Part shown: positions 27,611 through 39,580 of the stretch, one piece after another
Layout: each line of letters begins with the position of its first letter
How positions within the stretch are numbered: the first letter of the stretch is position 1
Assembly (NCBI RefSeq): GCF_009914755.1
Contig: NC_060925.1
DNA from: the human T2T-CHM13v2.0 reference genome, Homo sapiens
Strand: one strand, 5' to 3'
Length of the DNA stretch: 64,000 nucleotides
The notes under the pieces: model-generated
Databases searched by the model: none
Seen by the model: the letters and a program-made list of their open reading frames with translations, nothing else
What the model was told of the DNA's origin: nothing
Made by a program: the position numbers and the translations under genes

Positions 27611-30600
27611 TTTTTTTTTTTTTTAATTTTAAATCTTTAATTTCCGTTTTCACGTATTTTCTTCTTGCTTCCAAAAGGAAAGGAGTGCGTAGCTCTGTTG
27701 CCTGTACATCGTCCACAGCCCCTGGGTCGGGGCGGGGTCCCCTGGGCCGCCCGGGGGGGTCCACATGCAGCCCCTGGGTGGGGGCCGGCGCGGGGTGAGG
27801 TCCGGGGGCCGCCTTATTGCTGAGGTCCGGCTGGTTGGGGCCGCCGCTAGGCGCGCTGGCTGGGCAGCTCCTGGGAGATGAAGCGACGCAGGCGCTCCAG
27901 GTACTGGCTGTAGAGCTCGATGTCGTTGTGCCCGGCGCCCTCCACCCACAGCGGCTCCACCGCCTTGGGGCAGCGCTCGTAGAGCGCCAGCCCGTGCGAG
28001 AAGTCGATCACCTCGTCCTCCCTGCCGTGGATGATGAGCACGGGAGACGTGATCTTGGACACCTTCTCGATGTTAGGGAAGGCGTCGAAGCAGTAGGTCT
28101 TCTTGGTGTCGCGGAAGGCGACGCGCATGCCCGAGGTGAGCGGCGAGTGCAGCACCACCGCGGCACACTCGTAGCGCGAGGCCAGGTCCATGGTGGGCAC
28201 CGTGCCGATGCTCTGCCCGTACAGGATGATGCTGTCCGGGCTGATGCCGTACCTGGCGGCGCCGGAGCAGGGTCAGCCGCGGCCTCCAACGCGCGCGCAC
28301 CCTTCCCACCAGCGGGCGTCCCCGGGCCCAGCTCCGGATGCGACCCTCCAGTCTCCCCACTCAGCCAAGTCAGTGGGTCAGGCTCAGGCTCCACACCAGT
28401 CCCGAGGGCCACCCCCAGCCCCCAACACCGTGGCGGTGGGCGAAGCCAGCGGCCCCGCCCCGTTCCCTGCGCTGCCGTTCACTGGCGTTTCCTAGCTAGG
28501 ATCTGCAGGGATCCTGCCTACGGAGTGCCCCTGGGGCGGGGGTAAGGGAGGCCCTGGCGCCTCTCCTCCTCCTGGTCACCCCTAGGTGCACACTGGGAAC
28601 TGTGTGGCCCCCACATCCTGAATGCTTCATACCTTCCTGCCCGGGTTAGAAAGCCGTTCCTGGTGCACTGGCCAGGACAGCGGACACTCTTCCTCCCTGC
28701 AGCCCTTGCCCACCCCCTTGGCCATGAGGAATTCAGGCAGCTGTGTCCCCAAATGTCTCCACCCAATTTTGGACTCTCGGAGTCCCCACGCCCAGTGAGA
28801 TGCCAGTGCAACCCAGGTCAGCATCGAGGGTGGTGGCTGCGGAGGTGGCACCCCCTCCCACCAGCACCTTCCCTTGGGAGTGGACAAGTCCTCGGCCACC
28901 TCAGCACCACCAGCTCCCACCCAGGGGCACCCTCACCCCCAGGTCATTGGTGTGCGGCCCCTGACCCAGCTGATCCAGCACCAGTTACAAGGCCTCCTCG
29001 TGCCCAGTCCCAAGCACGCGGGACCCACCTGCCACCCTGCCCATGCCGGGACCCCACAACTCTCCTCCCACACGCTCTAGGCTCTGATCCCAGGCAGACG
29101 CCCTCTTGCAAGGCAGGAGCATGGGCAGGTGTGCGTCCCCTCTGCCTGGCATTCGGACTCCACCAGCAGGGCTGTCCCCGTCCCTGGCCTGGAATCCCAG
29201 CCTCCTGGCAGCACTCCACAGCTCGCCACTCACCCATGCCCCAAAGGATGCTGCCTGGCTGGTGCCTGTGGCCCCAGCTCTGCCTCGGCCTCCCCGGCCT
29301 GCTCCCTGGCAGCCATGGTCAGTAGTGTGCTGAGCCAGCCCAGCCCTGCCACCTGCTACAGGCAGGAGCCCCCAGCTGCCACCTGGATGTCACCACTCAA
29401 ACGAACGGGACACATCCCCAGTGGAGGCCCTGGGCACGCTCTGGCCTCCCCCTCATGGCTCTGGGCCTAGGTTCCTGCAGGACAAAGGGGCAGCAGGACA
29501 GATGGCCGAGCAGACAGAGCTCAGAGCTGGCCATGGCAGGTGTGACTCTGCCAGTGGCCCAGGCAGTAGAGACAGGAGGGGCCGAGGAAGCCGCATGAAG
29601 TGGTGATTGGTGTCAGCGTCCCACAACTGCCGGGAGGCCCCTGGAGCCAGGGTGGTGCCAGGGGACCAGCTCCCAGGCCCACAGCAGGGACTGCCTGCAT
29701 ATCACCAAGGCAACGACGACCCCACCTCCCTAGGGCCTCTGACTTCTCAGAGCTGTGCCTGGTCCCTGCGGGAGCAGGTCAGACCAGTGGGCTGGGCAGG
29801 GCCAGGACGAGACAGGCCCAGTGGATGGCGAGCAGGAAAAGCCACCAGAGGCCCAGCCGGGTCTCCTCGTCCAAAGCAGCACTGGCCCGGGCGCTGCTCA
29901 AACACCGGTGAAGGGCCCAGGCAAGCACAGGGCTGGGGACGTGGATGACTAGGAGGGCTGGATCTGGAATCGAGGCTGGCCCAGACCTCGGATGTGTGCT
30001 GCGGGTCTGCACCTTACCCTGTAGGCCCTGCCCCAGGATGGCCAAGCTCCGCAGCCACAGGGCCTCATGGGCCAGTCCTCCGGACCTGGATGCAGCAGCC
30101 TCGCCTCACTTGGCCCCAAGTGCTGCCTCAGCCGATGGGCTCCCAGCCACACGTGCACAGACCCCCAGACCACCACCCACTCCCTCCCGCCAGGTGGCAT
30201 CCACACCCCTGTGACAAGCTCAGCCCCTTCCCATCCTCAGGCCAGGGGTTCCCAGGGAGCCTGGCTCCACAGGCCAGGGTGTGGGAGGACCGCCTGGCCA
30301 CACCTCAGCCATGTGGAGGCGGCACCTGCACACCCAAGCTCGCCTGTCCGGCTCTCTGGCCCTGTGCATCCACTGTGGCTCCCCTCCTGCAGGGCCGCCC
30401 ACCTTCCTCCCAGGGAAGCCCGCCCCCCGGCCCCCCGCCTGGTCCCCTCTTGGGTGTGCCCAGGCTGAGCTGCCCCCAGGGTCGCCCTCACCTGGTGCGC
30501 AGGGCCTGCCAGGTGGCGTCGATGTCGGCATAGAGGTTCCTCTCGGAAGGCCTGCCCGAGCTGGCACCGTAGCCGGAGGAGTCGTAGGTGAAGATGTTGC

Positions 30601-31348
30601 AGTGGAGGCGGGAGCCCAGGCCAATGTAGAAGCTGCTCATCTGGCCCAGGTCCACGGCATTGCCGTGCGAGAAGAGGACCGTGTACCTGGCACCAGGCAC
30701 GCAGCGAACATACATGCAGGAGACACGGTTGCCGCGGGCGCTCTTGGTGGGGAAGACCTCGATGGTGTCCAGCTCGCGCTGGCTGTACTGGAAGTCGGCA
30801 CGCTCCGTCAGGTGCAGCTTCCAGCGCCCGGGTGCGCCCGAGGAGGCTCTCAGGGTCCCCAAGGGGGCGGCCCCGGCCCCACCAGGCCCCAGCTCGGGCT
30901 CAGGCACCAGGGAGTAGGTGGCCTCCGGCGGCAGGAAGGCGAGCTTGGCAGCGATGCGGCCGGGGCAGGGAGGGCAGCAGAAGAGGCAGCAGAGCTCACT
31001 CAGCGACAGCCCGTTCATGGCGGGCGCCGCCCGGGCCGGGCCTCCACCGGGGCCCCCGCCAACAACGCCGCCCGGCCTGGCCCGGCAGGGGAGGGGTGGG
31101 GTGCTCCGAGTCGCGGGCAGGGGGGAGAGCGCCCCCCCAGCTACCGCCCCAGACAGCAGCCCCGTTAGGAGGCCAGGGCCCAGCCCCATCGCGGTCCAAG
31201 CCGAGCCCCAGGGAGCCTCGCAACCACAGGTCTCCATGTCGTGCCGTGGGAAGCCCACCCCGGCCCGCGCCCCCGGGCCCCAGGGCCGCGCTCCATGGCT
31301 CCCGGCCGCCCGCCCGTGCGTCCGTCGGTCCCTCCGCACCCCTGCCCC
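27611..31348 (-). pseudogene. ABHD17AP1: Semi-processed ABHD17A (FAM108A1) retrocopy retaining one intron (28253-30491); spliced ORF 31018-30492 + 28252-27847 = 933 nt, 310 aa, intact
   Basis: Translation [28 protein letters not shown]...GQSIG...HGREDEVI...GAGHNDIE...LPSQRA. Other parental exon junctions are fused. Poly(A) tail appears as a T-run at 27611-27624, ATTAAA signal at 27641-27636, TSD TAAATCTTTTT at 27605 and 31349, inserted into an old L1M. Confidence 0.93.
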
Positions 31349-31519
31349 TAAATCTTTTTATCCAGTTTTCATTGATATGCTTTTCTGTTGATTTGTAATA
31401 CTTTATTCTGGATATGCATCCTTTCTAGGATATATATGGATTGCATTTCTCTTTTTTCAATCTGCAGCTTGTGTTTTCACTCTTTTAATGACGTTTTTTC
31501 ATGAATGGAGATTCTCTAA

Positions 31520-32722
31520 TTTTTTTTCTTTTTGAGACAAGATCTCACTCTGTTGCCCAGGCTGGAGTGCAGTGGTACAATCACAGCTTAGTGCAACCTC
31601 GACCTCCCAAGGCTCAGGTGATGCTCCTGCCTCAGTCCCCAAGTAGCTGGGACCTACAGGAGACCACTACCATGCTCAGCTGTTTTTTGTATTTTTACTA
31701 GACATGGGGTTTTGCCATGTTGCATAGCCCGATACGGAATTCCTGGGCTCAAGTGACACCTGCCTCGGCCTCCCAAAGTGTTGGGATTATAGGCATGAGC
31801 TACCGCACCCGGCCAGAGTATCTTAATTTTAATGAAATATACTTTATCAATCTTTTCCTTTATGGTTACTGCTTATTGTGTCCTGTTTAAGAAATCAATG
31901 CCTGGCCAGGTGCGGTGGCTCATGCCTGTAATCCCAGCACTGTGGGAGGCCTAGGCAGGTGGATCACGAGGTCAGGAGTATGAAACCAGCCTGGCCAACA
32001 TGGTGAAACCCCGTCTCTACTAAAAATACAAAAATTAGCTGGATGTGGTGGCGGGCACCTGTAATCCCAGCTACTCAGGAGGCTGAGGCAGGAGAATTGC
32101 TTGAACCCAGGAGGCGGAGGTTGCAGTGAGCCGAGATTACACTACTGTACTCCAGCCTGGTTGACAGAGCAAGACTCTGTCTTGTACCAAAAAAAAAAAA
32201 AAAAAAAAAAAGAAAGAAAAAAGAAATCAATGCCTAGCCTAAGAATATGAACACACTTTTCTATATTAACCTTATAGCAATTTTATTTTAGTTTTTGCAT
32301 TTTTTTTTTTCAGACAGGGTCTTACTCTGTTGCCCAGGCTGAAGTGTGTTGGCATAATCTCAGCTCACTGCCACCTCCACCTCCTGGCTCAAGCAATCCT
32401 CCTGCCTCAGCCTCCTGAGTAGCTGCGACTATAGGCGTGTGCCACCATGCCTGGCTAATTTTTGTATTTTCTGTAGAGATGGGGATTCAACATGTTTCCC
32501 AGGTTGGTCTCAAACCCTTGGGCTCAAGTAGTCTGCTTGCTTCAGCCTCCCAAAGTGCTGGGATTACGGCATGCACCACCATGCCCAGCTAATTTTTTAT
32601 TTTTTGTAGACAGGGTCTTCCTGTGGTGCCCAGACTAGTTTCAAACACTTGGGCTCAGTTGATTGTCACACCTTGGCATCCCAAAGTGTTGGGATTACAG
32701 GTGTGAGCCATCACATCTGGCC
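31520..32722. mobile_element. Alu cluster: antisense AluJ 31520-31815, sense AluS 31904-32221, antisense AluJ plus extra monomer 32300-32722
   Basis: Alu consensus in alternating orientation. Confidence 0.85.
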
Positions 32723-33726
32723 ATTTTAGTTTTAATAATTTTTATATTTTTCTAATTTAAAACAGGTACTAAAATCTCTTACAGCTATTATTTGTAAATA
32801 TAGTATTCATTATTGTTATTATTTTTTTTTGTATGTGTTCAATCTCATTTTCAATATAAGCTCCTGGAAATTAGAGATTTTGTTTCTTTTATTCACCACT
32901 GTATTCTCAGTACTTGACCTCGCCTGGCATGAAACAGATATTGAATAAATATTTGTTAAATGAATGAATGAATGAACATACTAATACCATATTCAGCAAT
33001 CTCCAAGTGTCACGGTTTTCACCATCTAACAAATAAAATAGCTTGTATAGAGCAGAATCATAGTCAAGCTGCCATAAAAGGAAATGCCAATGAAAAATAA
33101 ACCTTTGTATGTGTAGCTGCTAAGATTTTGGGGCTTTTGTTACTGCAGCATAACCTAGTGAAAGCTCAGTGAGACAGCCTGTAGAATATACGGGTACAGA
33201 TAGACCAGATAGACCAGTAGATGAGATTCCAAAGAAGCATTAACTACGCCCACACACTCTTAATTCCCTAACAGAAAGAATCGAATTCTTGTTCACTAAG
33301 ATCTACCTCAAATATTCCTTACTTTGTGAAAACTTCCCTGGCTACTCAAATATTTAGTCAGAACTCTATTTTTTTCCCCCCAGGCTGGAGTGCAGTGGTG
33401 CCATCATAGCTCACTAACCTCTAACTCAAGGCTCAAGGAATCCTCCTGCCTCAGCCTCCCGAGTAGCTGAGAGTGCAAGTGTGCGCCACCATGCTCGGCT
33501 AATTTCTCATTTTTTATTTTCAGAGATGGGGTCTTACTATGTTGCACAGGCTGGTGAGGACTGTTGATTACATATGACAGAAACCCAACCAACTCTAGTT
33601 CCCCACCACCTTTCAATCTGCTCCTGCCTGGGTCTTCCCAGTCTCGGTAAATGGCAGCTTCACCCTTCAAGTTGCCCAAGCCCCAAATCTCAATGTTAAC
33701 CTTGATTTCTCTCTTTTATCTCATAG

Positions 33727-33998
33727 GCATTCTGAAGGCAAATCCTGTTTAGACCCAGGCAAAGGTTCCTGGTGACCCAGGCTCTCATGAGCAGATTGTC
33801 CCTTATCATTCTCCTGAGGATGTCTGGAGCTTCAGTGCTGTGTGCTCTTGGCCTCCACACTGGGGGTGCCACCAACTCCCACTGTCCAGGGCTTCTGGTG
33901 GACTCTCCGAGGCACCGATGTAGAAACTTACCCATTCAGTGCACCAAGAGCAGCTTCACATGGTGTGGGCCGACATGAAGAGCTGCCAGATCCAACAG
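33727..33998 (+). other. NBPF 5' exon (272 nt) homologous to the NBPF3 N-terminal coding exon; start codon is GTG here
   Basis: Acceptor cttttatctcatag|, donor acag|gtaaaa; frame from 33866 reads VPPTPTVQGFWWTLRGTDVETYPFSAPRAASHGVGRHEELPDPT, matching recalled NBPF3 MPLTPTVQGFQWTLRGPDVETSPFGAPRAASHGVGRHQELRDPT. Confidence 0.8.
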
Positions 33999-35224
33999 GT
34001 AAAAATCCTGAGGCATTGCCAGCTCGATGGGGTCAGAGAGTCCTCTTTCTATTATGACTCAGATGTGAAGGGAAGATGCCAAGGGCCCTAAACATCACAG
34101 GGCCTTGCCTGGCATCAAACAGATATTAAATAAATATATGTTAAATGAATGAACAAATATTCACAGCGTGTGCCGCCCTGGACTTGCAGTGCCATGGTCG
34201 GGTGAAAGTGATTTTACTTCAGGAGAGGACATGTTCTCTTCAGGACTTTTCCTTGGTAGCTAGATCTGCATCCCTCTCCTCTCTCTTCCCCTCTCACCCC
34301 CCATTCTCTGCCCCCATTTCTCTCTCTGTTTCCACCCTGCTGTCCTCTTTCACCTGCTTTCTCCTCTTCAGCTTTCATGGCTCACCCCCTCCCTGTCCAC
34401 CCGCATCCCCCAGGCTAAGGCTCTGCACTGTCCTGGGTGGGGAGATGTGTGTGGTTTTAGGCAGTGCCCTCTAGATGTGTCCAGGATGGGGAAACATGGC
34501 TCAGTTGCCAGTATAATGGGTTAAAAGAGAGACCACTTTTGAAGGCCGATCCCATCTCCCATTCCAGAATCCTGTAGGACTTAGAATTTATGGGCCACAG
34601 TGGAATTCTTGGTTCCCCAGGACCTTGTGGTGGACGCCTTCTTTCACTGACCATTCATGGGGTGACTATTAGGTACCATGCCCTGCTCTGGGCTAGAGGC
34701 CCCATAATGAGTAAATCTCAGGTCACTACCCCACGGAACCCACCACTGCAGGCATTGAGAGGGGGAGAAAGAAAGGGGCATGGCCTGTTTGTATCCTTCT
34801 CACGTGGCTGCCCACCAGGTCCTGGGGGAGTGGGAGCCAGTGCAAGGAGGGAAGTCCAGTGAGAATGACAAATGGACGATGTCAGACCCAGGGGCTGAGG
34901 CCCCCACCTGCAGCCGGGCAGCTTCTGGAGTGGACAAGGAGCAGCAGGGAAGGTTGCGGCCTGGTGTTCTGGGATCCACTGTCTCATCTCATTCTTTGGG
35001 GCACCAGAACTTATCCAAAGACAAGACTCAGTGTCTCTGGCAACAGCGGGCCAGAGGAATAATGTGTTTCAGAGGAGGAAGAAGGGGTTGTACCCCATGG
35101 AAACAGTATATAGTTTTACAGTAGTGCGTCTCTCTCTAATAACTAGTTAGCATGTTCCTGTTAATGGAAATACTGGTGGTGTAAGTTCCCCTGGATGTTC
35201 TCATCTTCATGTAAATTTGTTCAT

Positions 35225-35485
35225 TTCCTTCCTTCCTTTCTTCCCTACTTCTCTCCCTTCCCTACTTCCCTCCCACTCTCTTTCTCTCTCTCTTTATTCT
35301 TTCCCTCCCTCCTTCCCTTCTGCCTTCCCTCCCTTCCTTTCTTCCTCCCTTCCTCCCTCCCTCCCTGCCTTCCTTCCTCCCTCCCTTCCTTCCTTCCTCC
35401 CTCCCTCCTTCCCTCCCTCCCTCCATTCTTTCCTTTCTTCTTTTTCTTTCTCTCTCTCTCATGCTCTCTCTTTTTCTTTCCTTTT
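35225..35485 (+). repeat. (CCTT)n/(CT)n polypyrimidine simple repeat
   Basis: Nearly pure C/T for ~260 bp. Confidence 0.92.
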
Positions 35486-35939
35486 TGTTCTACTATTTTA
35501 AATAGACCACACTGCACTGAAATCTACATTGCTTATCAAAATCTCTGGAGCTGCTTCTGTCTTGTGGGCAGGGAGCTCATCCTGTAGCCCTTAGGTCCTC
35601 CCAGCCTCCTCCTCCTCTGATTTGTGGGTGCCACTGGGGCAGCTGCTGAGTCTCAGTGGTTCCTAGTCATCACCAAGTTCTGCCCACCTAGATGGTTTGC
35701 ACCTGTCCTTACCAGAACCCTGAACTGTCTAGATGACTGAGGCTGCTTCTGCCTAACTGATCTGCTAGCTGTGTTCCGGGGGCACCCCAGGGTTAGAGGT
35801 AAATGGCATAGGCATTGAAATCTCCAACTGCTCTGACTCCAGGTTGGTGCACTTCAATGCCAAGTACTAACCAAACAATAACAGGATGCCACCAAAACCT
35901 TGGTATGGGGCTGCTGCATCCTAATTAAAAAAAAGTAAT

Positions 35940-37400
35940 AGATGTTATTTTTTAGAACAGTTCTAGGTTTACAGAAAAATGGAGTAGATAGTACAGAGAG
36001 TTCTCCTAGGCTCCCCTGTCCTCCAGCACACAATTTCCCCTATTAGTATGTTGTATTAGTGTGGTCCATTCGTTACAATTGATGAACCACTGTTGATACA
36101 TCATTATCAACTAAAGTCCATAGTTTACATTAGAGTTCATTCTTTGAGTTTCACAGATTATGGGTTTTGGCAATTACGTAATGTCCTAAATCCTCAATAC
36201 AGCATCATGCAAAATAGTTTCACTGCTGAAAATTCCCTGTGCTTCACCATTTCATGCCTCCTCCTCTCCTCCACCCCTGACAACCACTCATCGTTTTACT
36301 ACTTCTATCTTTTTGACTTTCCAAGAATGTCCTAGAGTTGGAATTACAGTATGTAGGTTTCCAGACTGGCTTCTTTCTAGCATTATGTAGTTTAAGTTCC
36401 TCCACGCCTTTTCATGACTTGATAGCTTGTTTTGTAAAATCCCTGAATCAGATTTCATTGTATGGCTACAACACAGTTTGTTTATTCATTCACTTGGTGA
36501 AAGACGTCTTGGGTACTTCCAAGTTTTGACAATTATGATAAAATTGCTGTAAGTACTTACGTGCAGGATTTTGAATGAACTTAAGTTTTCCAAAGTGACT
36601 ACACTTTTGATTTCCACTAGCTATGGAGAGTTCTGGTTGTTCCTGATCTTTGACAGCATTTGGTGTGTTCACCGTTTTGTGTTTTAGCCATTCTGATAGG
36701 TTTATGGTGATATCTCGTTGTTTTAATGTGCAATTCCCTCACAAATGATTTTGAGCATCTTTCTCATATGCTTATTTGCCATCTGTATATCTTATTAATG
36801 AGGTGTTCAGATCTTTCACCTTTTTTTTTTTTGCTTTGTGTTGTTTAGTTCTCAGAATTCTTCATATATTTTGGACAGCAGTTTTTCCATCAGATTATTT
36901 TGTAAGTATTTTCTCCCAGTCTGTGACTTGCTTTTTCCATTCTCTTAACAGTGTCTTTCACAGAACAGAAGTTTTTAATTTTAATGAGGCTCAACTTAAT
37001 TTTTTTTCATTAGTAGATTGTGCTTTTGGTTTTGTATTTAAGAAGCCATCATTGAACCCAGGATCCCCGAGATTTTCTCCTATGTTATCTCCTAGGATTC
37101 TTATGGTTTTGCGCTTACATTTACGTGTAAGATTTATTTTATAAAGGATATAACATGCATACCTGGATTTATTTAGTTCTTTGCATGTGGTTGTCCAGCT
37201 GTTCTAGCACCACTAGTTGGAAAGGCTATCTTTGCTGTTTTAAATTGTCTCTAAACCTCCATGGAAGATCAGTGGACTGTATGTAGGCCTGCTTCTGGGC
37301 TCCGTATTCTTTTCCATGCATCTATTTGTGTGTGTTTTCTCTTTTGACCAACTTCACACTATTTGGGTTACTGTAGCTTAATGTAAGTCCTGAAGTTGGT
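35940..37400 (-). mobile_element. Old L1M fragment (3' end/ORF2, antisense)
   Basis: ttttagaacagttctaggtttacagaaaaat.. and attcttcatatattttggaca.. L1M motifs. Confidence 0.7.
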
Positions 37401-38269
37401 AGTGCCAAACCTCAGGGAGTTTTTCTGAACTTCATCATGAGAACCTGGTTGAGATCATTGTAGTAAAACTTGGAAATGTGTAAGATTCCCCCTTAGTCTG
37501 GTCTTCAAGGAGTTTTTAATGTTCTAGCCAGGCTACCCTCAGCTTCTAGTAACCTGTCAATATCATTTAAGTGCTCCTCCCACTTGCTGTCCCCAGTAGC
37601 TTCTCTTCCCTGTGACCTGTGACTCCTTATGTGTTAGCCTGTGTTTCTCATTTTTAAGGTGGCAGTTTTCCCTGTGACCTCAATTCTCTGATCCACCCTA
37701 GAAGGGTTGACTTTCAGTTTGTTCAGCTTTTTTCTAGCTGTGAGGACAAGTGATGACTGCCTAGCTCTTTCCATGTTGAAATAGAAACCCAAAAGTTTGT
37801 TTAAAGAATTACTTGTTATAAAAGTCCCCCATTGTTAATGTACAACTCAATGATGTAAGTTGATTTATCGAATTGTGCAGCCATCAGCAGAGTTCTACTT
37901 CAGCATATTTTGTCACTTCCCAAATTCCCTTGAACCTGTTTGTAGTCATTTCCTAATCCCTGGTCCCCATGACTGGGTCTGAATAGAATAAACATTTGGA
38001 AAGCAGATTTCATTATATTTACATTTTCCTGTGTTTGGGACTTTATGTAGTGGACTATTGTGTTCGTTTTGTGACAAATAGAGAAGAGATTGCATTCTAG
38101 GGATGGTTTTCGGGGGAACATAATAGTAGTCCTGTTTATGGCTCTCCTTGAATTGGTTCTTCTGTGCTGGTGACTGGTATTTGTTACCAAACCTTGTCTG
38201 GTGAGCACAAGAAAAGGAATTTTTTAAAATCTCCTATTAAAATTGAGATGATACATTTTCACATAATAA

Positions 38270-38600
<331 letters not shown>

Positions 38601-38607
38601 CCTGAAC

Positions 38608-39580
38608 TGTGGGGAAAAGAAAGAGAGATCAGATTGTTACTGTGTCTGTGTAGGAAGAAGTAGACATAAGAGACTCCATTTTGTTCTGTACTAAGAAAAA
38701 TTCTTTTGCCTTGAGACGCTGTTAATCTGTAACCCTACCCCCAACCCTGTGCTCCCTAAGACATGGGCTGTGTCAACTCAGGGTTAAATGGATTAAGGGC
38801 TGTTCAGGGTGTGCTTTGTTAAACAAATGCTTGAAGGCAGCATGCTTGTTAAGAGTCATCACCACTCCCTAATCTCAAGTACCCAGAGACACACTACACT
38901 GCGGAAGACTGCAGGGACCTCTGCCTAGGAAAGCCAGGTATTGTCCAAGGTTTCTCCCCATGTCATAGTCTGAAATACAGCCTCATGGGAAGGGAAAGAC
39001 CTGACTGTCCCCCAGCCCGACACCCGTAAAGGGTCTGTGCTGAGGAGGATTAGTAAAAGAGGAAGGAAGGCCTCTTTGCAGTTGAGATAAGAGGAAGGCA
39101 TCTGTCTCCTGCTCATCCCTGGGCAATGGAATGTCTCGGTGTAAAGCCCGATTGTATATTCCATCTACTGAGATAGGAGAAAACCGCCTTAGGACTGGAG
39201 GTGGGACATGCTGGCAGCAATACTGCTCTTTAAGGCATTGAGATGTTTATGTATATGCACATCAAAAGCACAGCACTTTTTTCTTTACCTTGTTTATGAT
39301 GCAGAGACATTTGTTCACGTGTTTACCTGCTGATCTTCTCTCCACTATTATCCTATTGTCCTGCCACATCCCCCTCTCCGGAAACGCCCAATAATGATCA
39401 ATAAATACTAAGGGAACTCAGAGGCCAGTGCAGGCATGGGTCCTCCGTATGCTGAACGCCAGTCCCCTGGGCCCATTTTTCTTTCTCTGTACTTTGTCTC
39501 TGTGTCTCTTTCTTTTCCAAGTCTCTCCTTCCACCTAACGAGAAACGCCCACAGGTGTGGAGGGGCAACCCATCCCTTCA
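38608..39580 (+). mobile_element. HERV-K(HML-2) LTR5 solo LTR (LTR5B-like), 973 bp
   Basis: Starts TGTGGGGAAAAGAAAGAGAGATCAGATTG, ends CCCTTCA, AATAAA at 39400, 6-bp TSD CTGAAC (38602-38607 and 39581-39586). Confidence 0.93.

Noticed and set aside
27817-31398. Long + strand ORFs (242 aa, 220 aa, 295 aa and others)
   Set aside because: Antisense or off-frame shadows of the GC-rich ABHD17A retrocopy and its intron; stop-poor by composition, no recognisable protein.
35195-35587. Low-complexity ORFs (PSFL / EGRK repeats)
   Set aside because: Translation of the (CCTT)n simple repeat.
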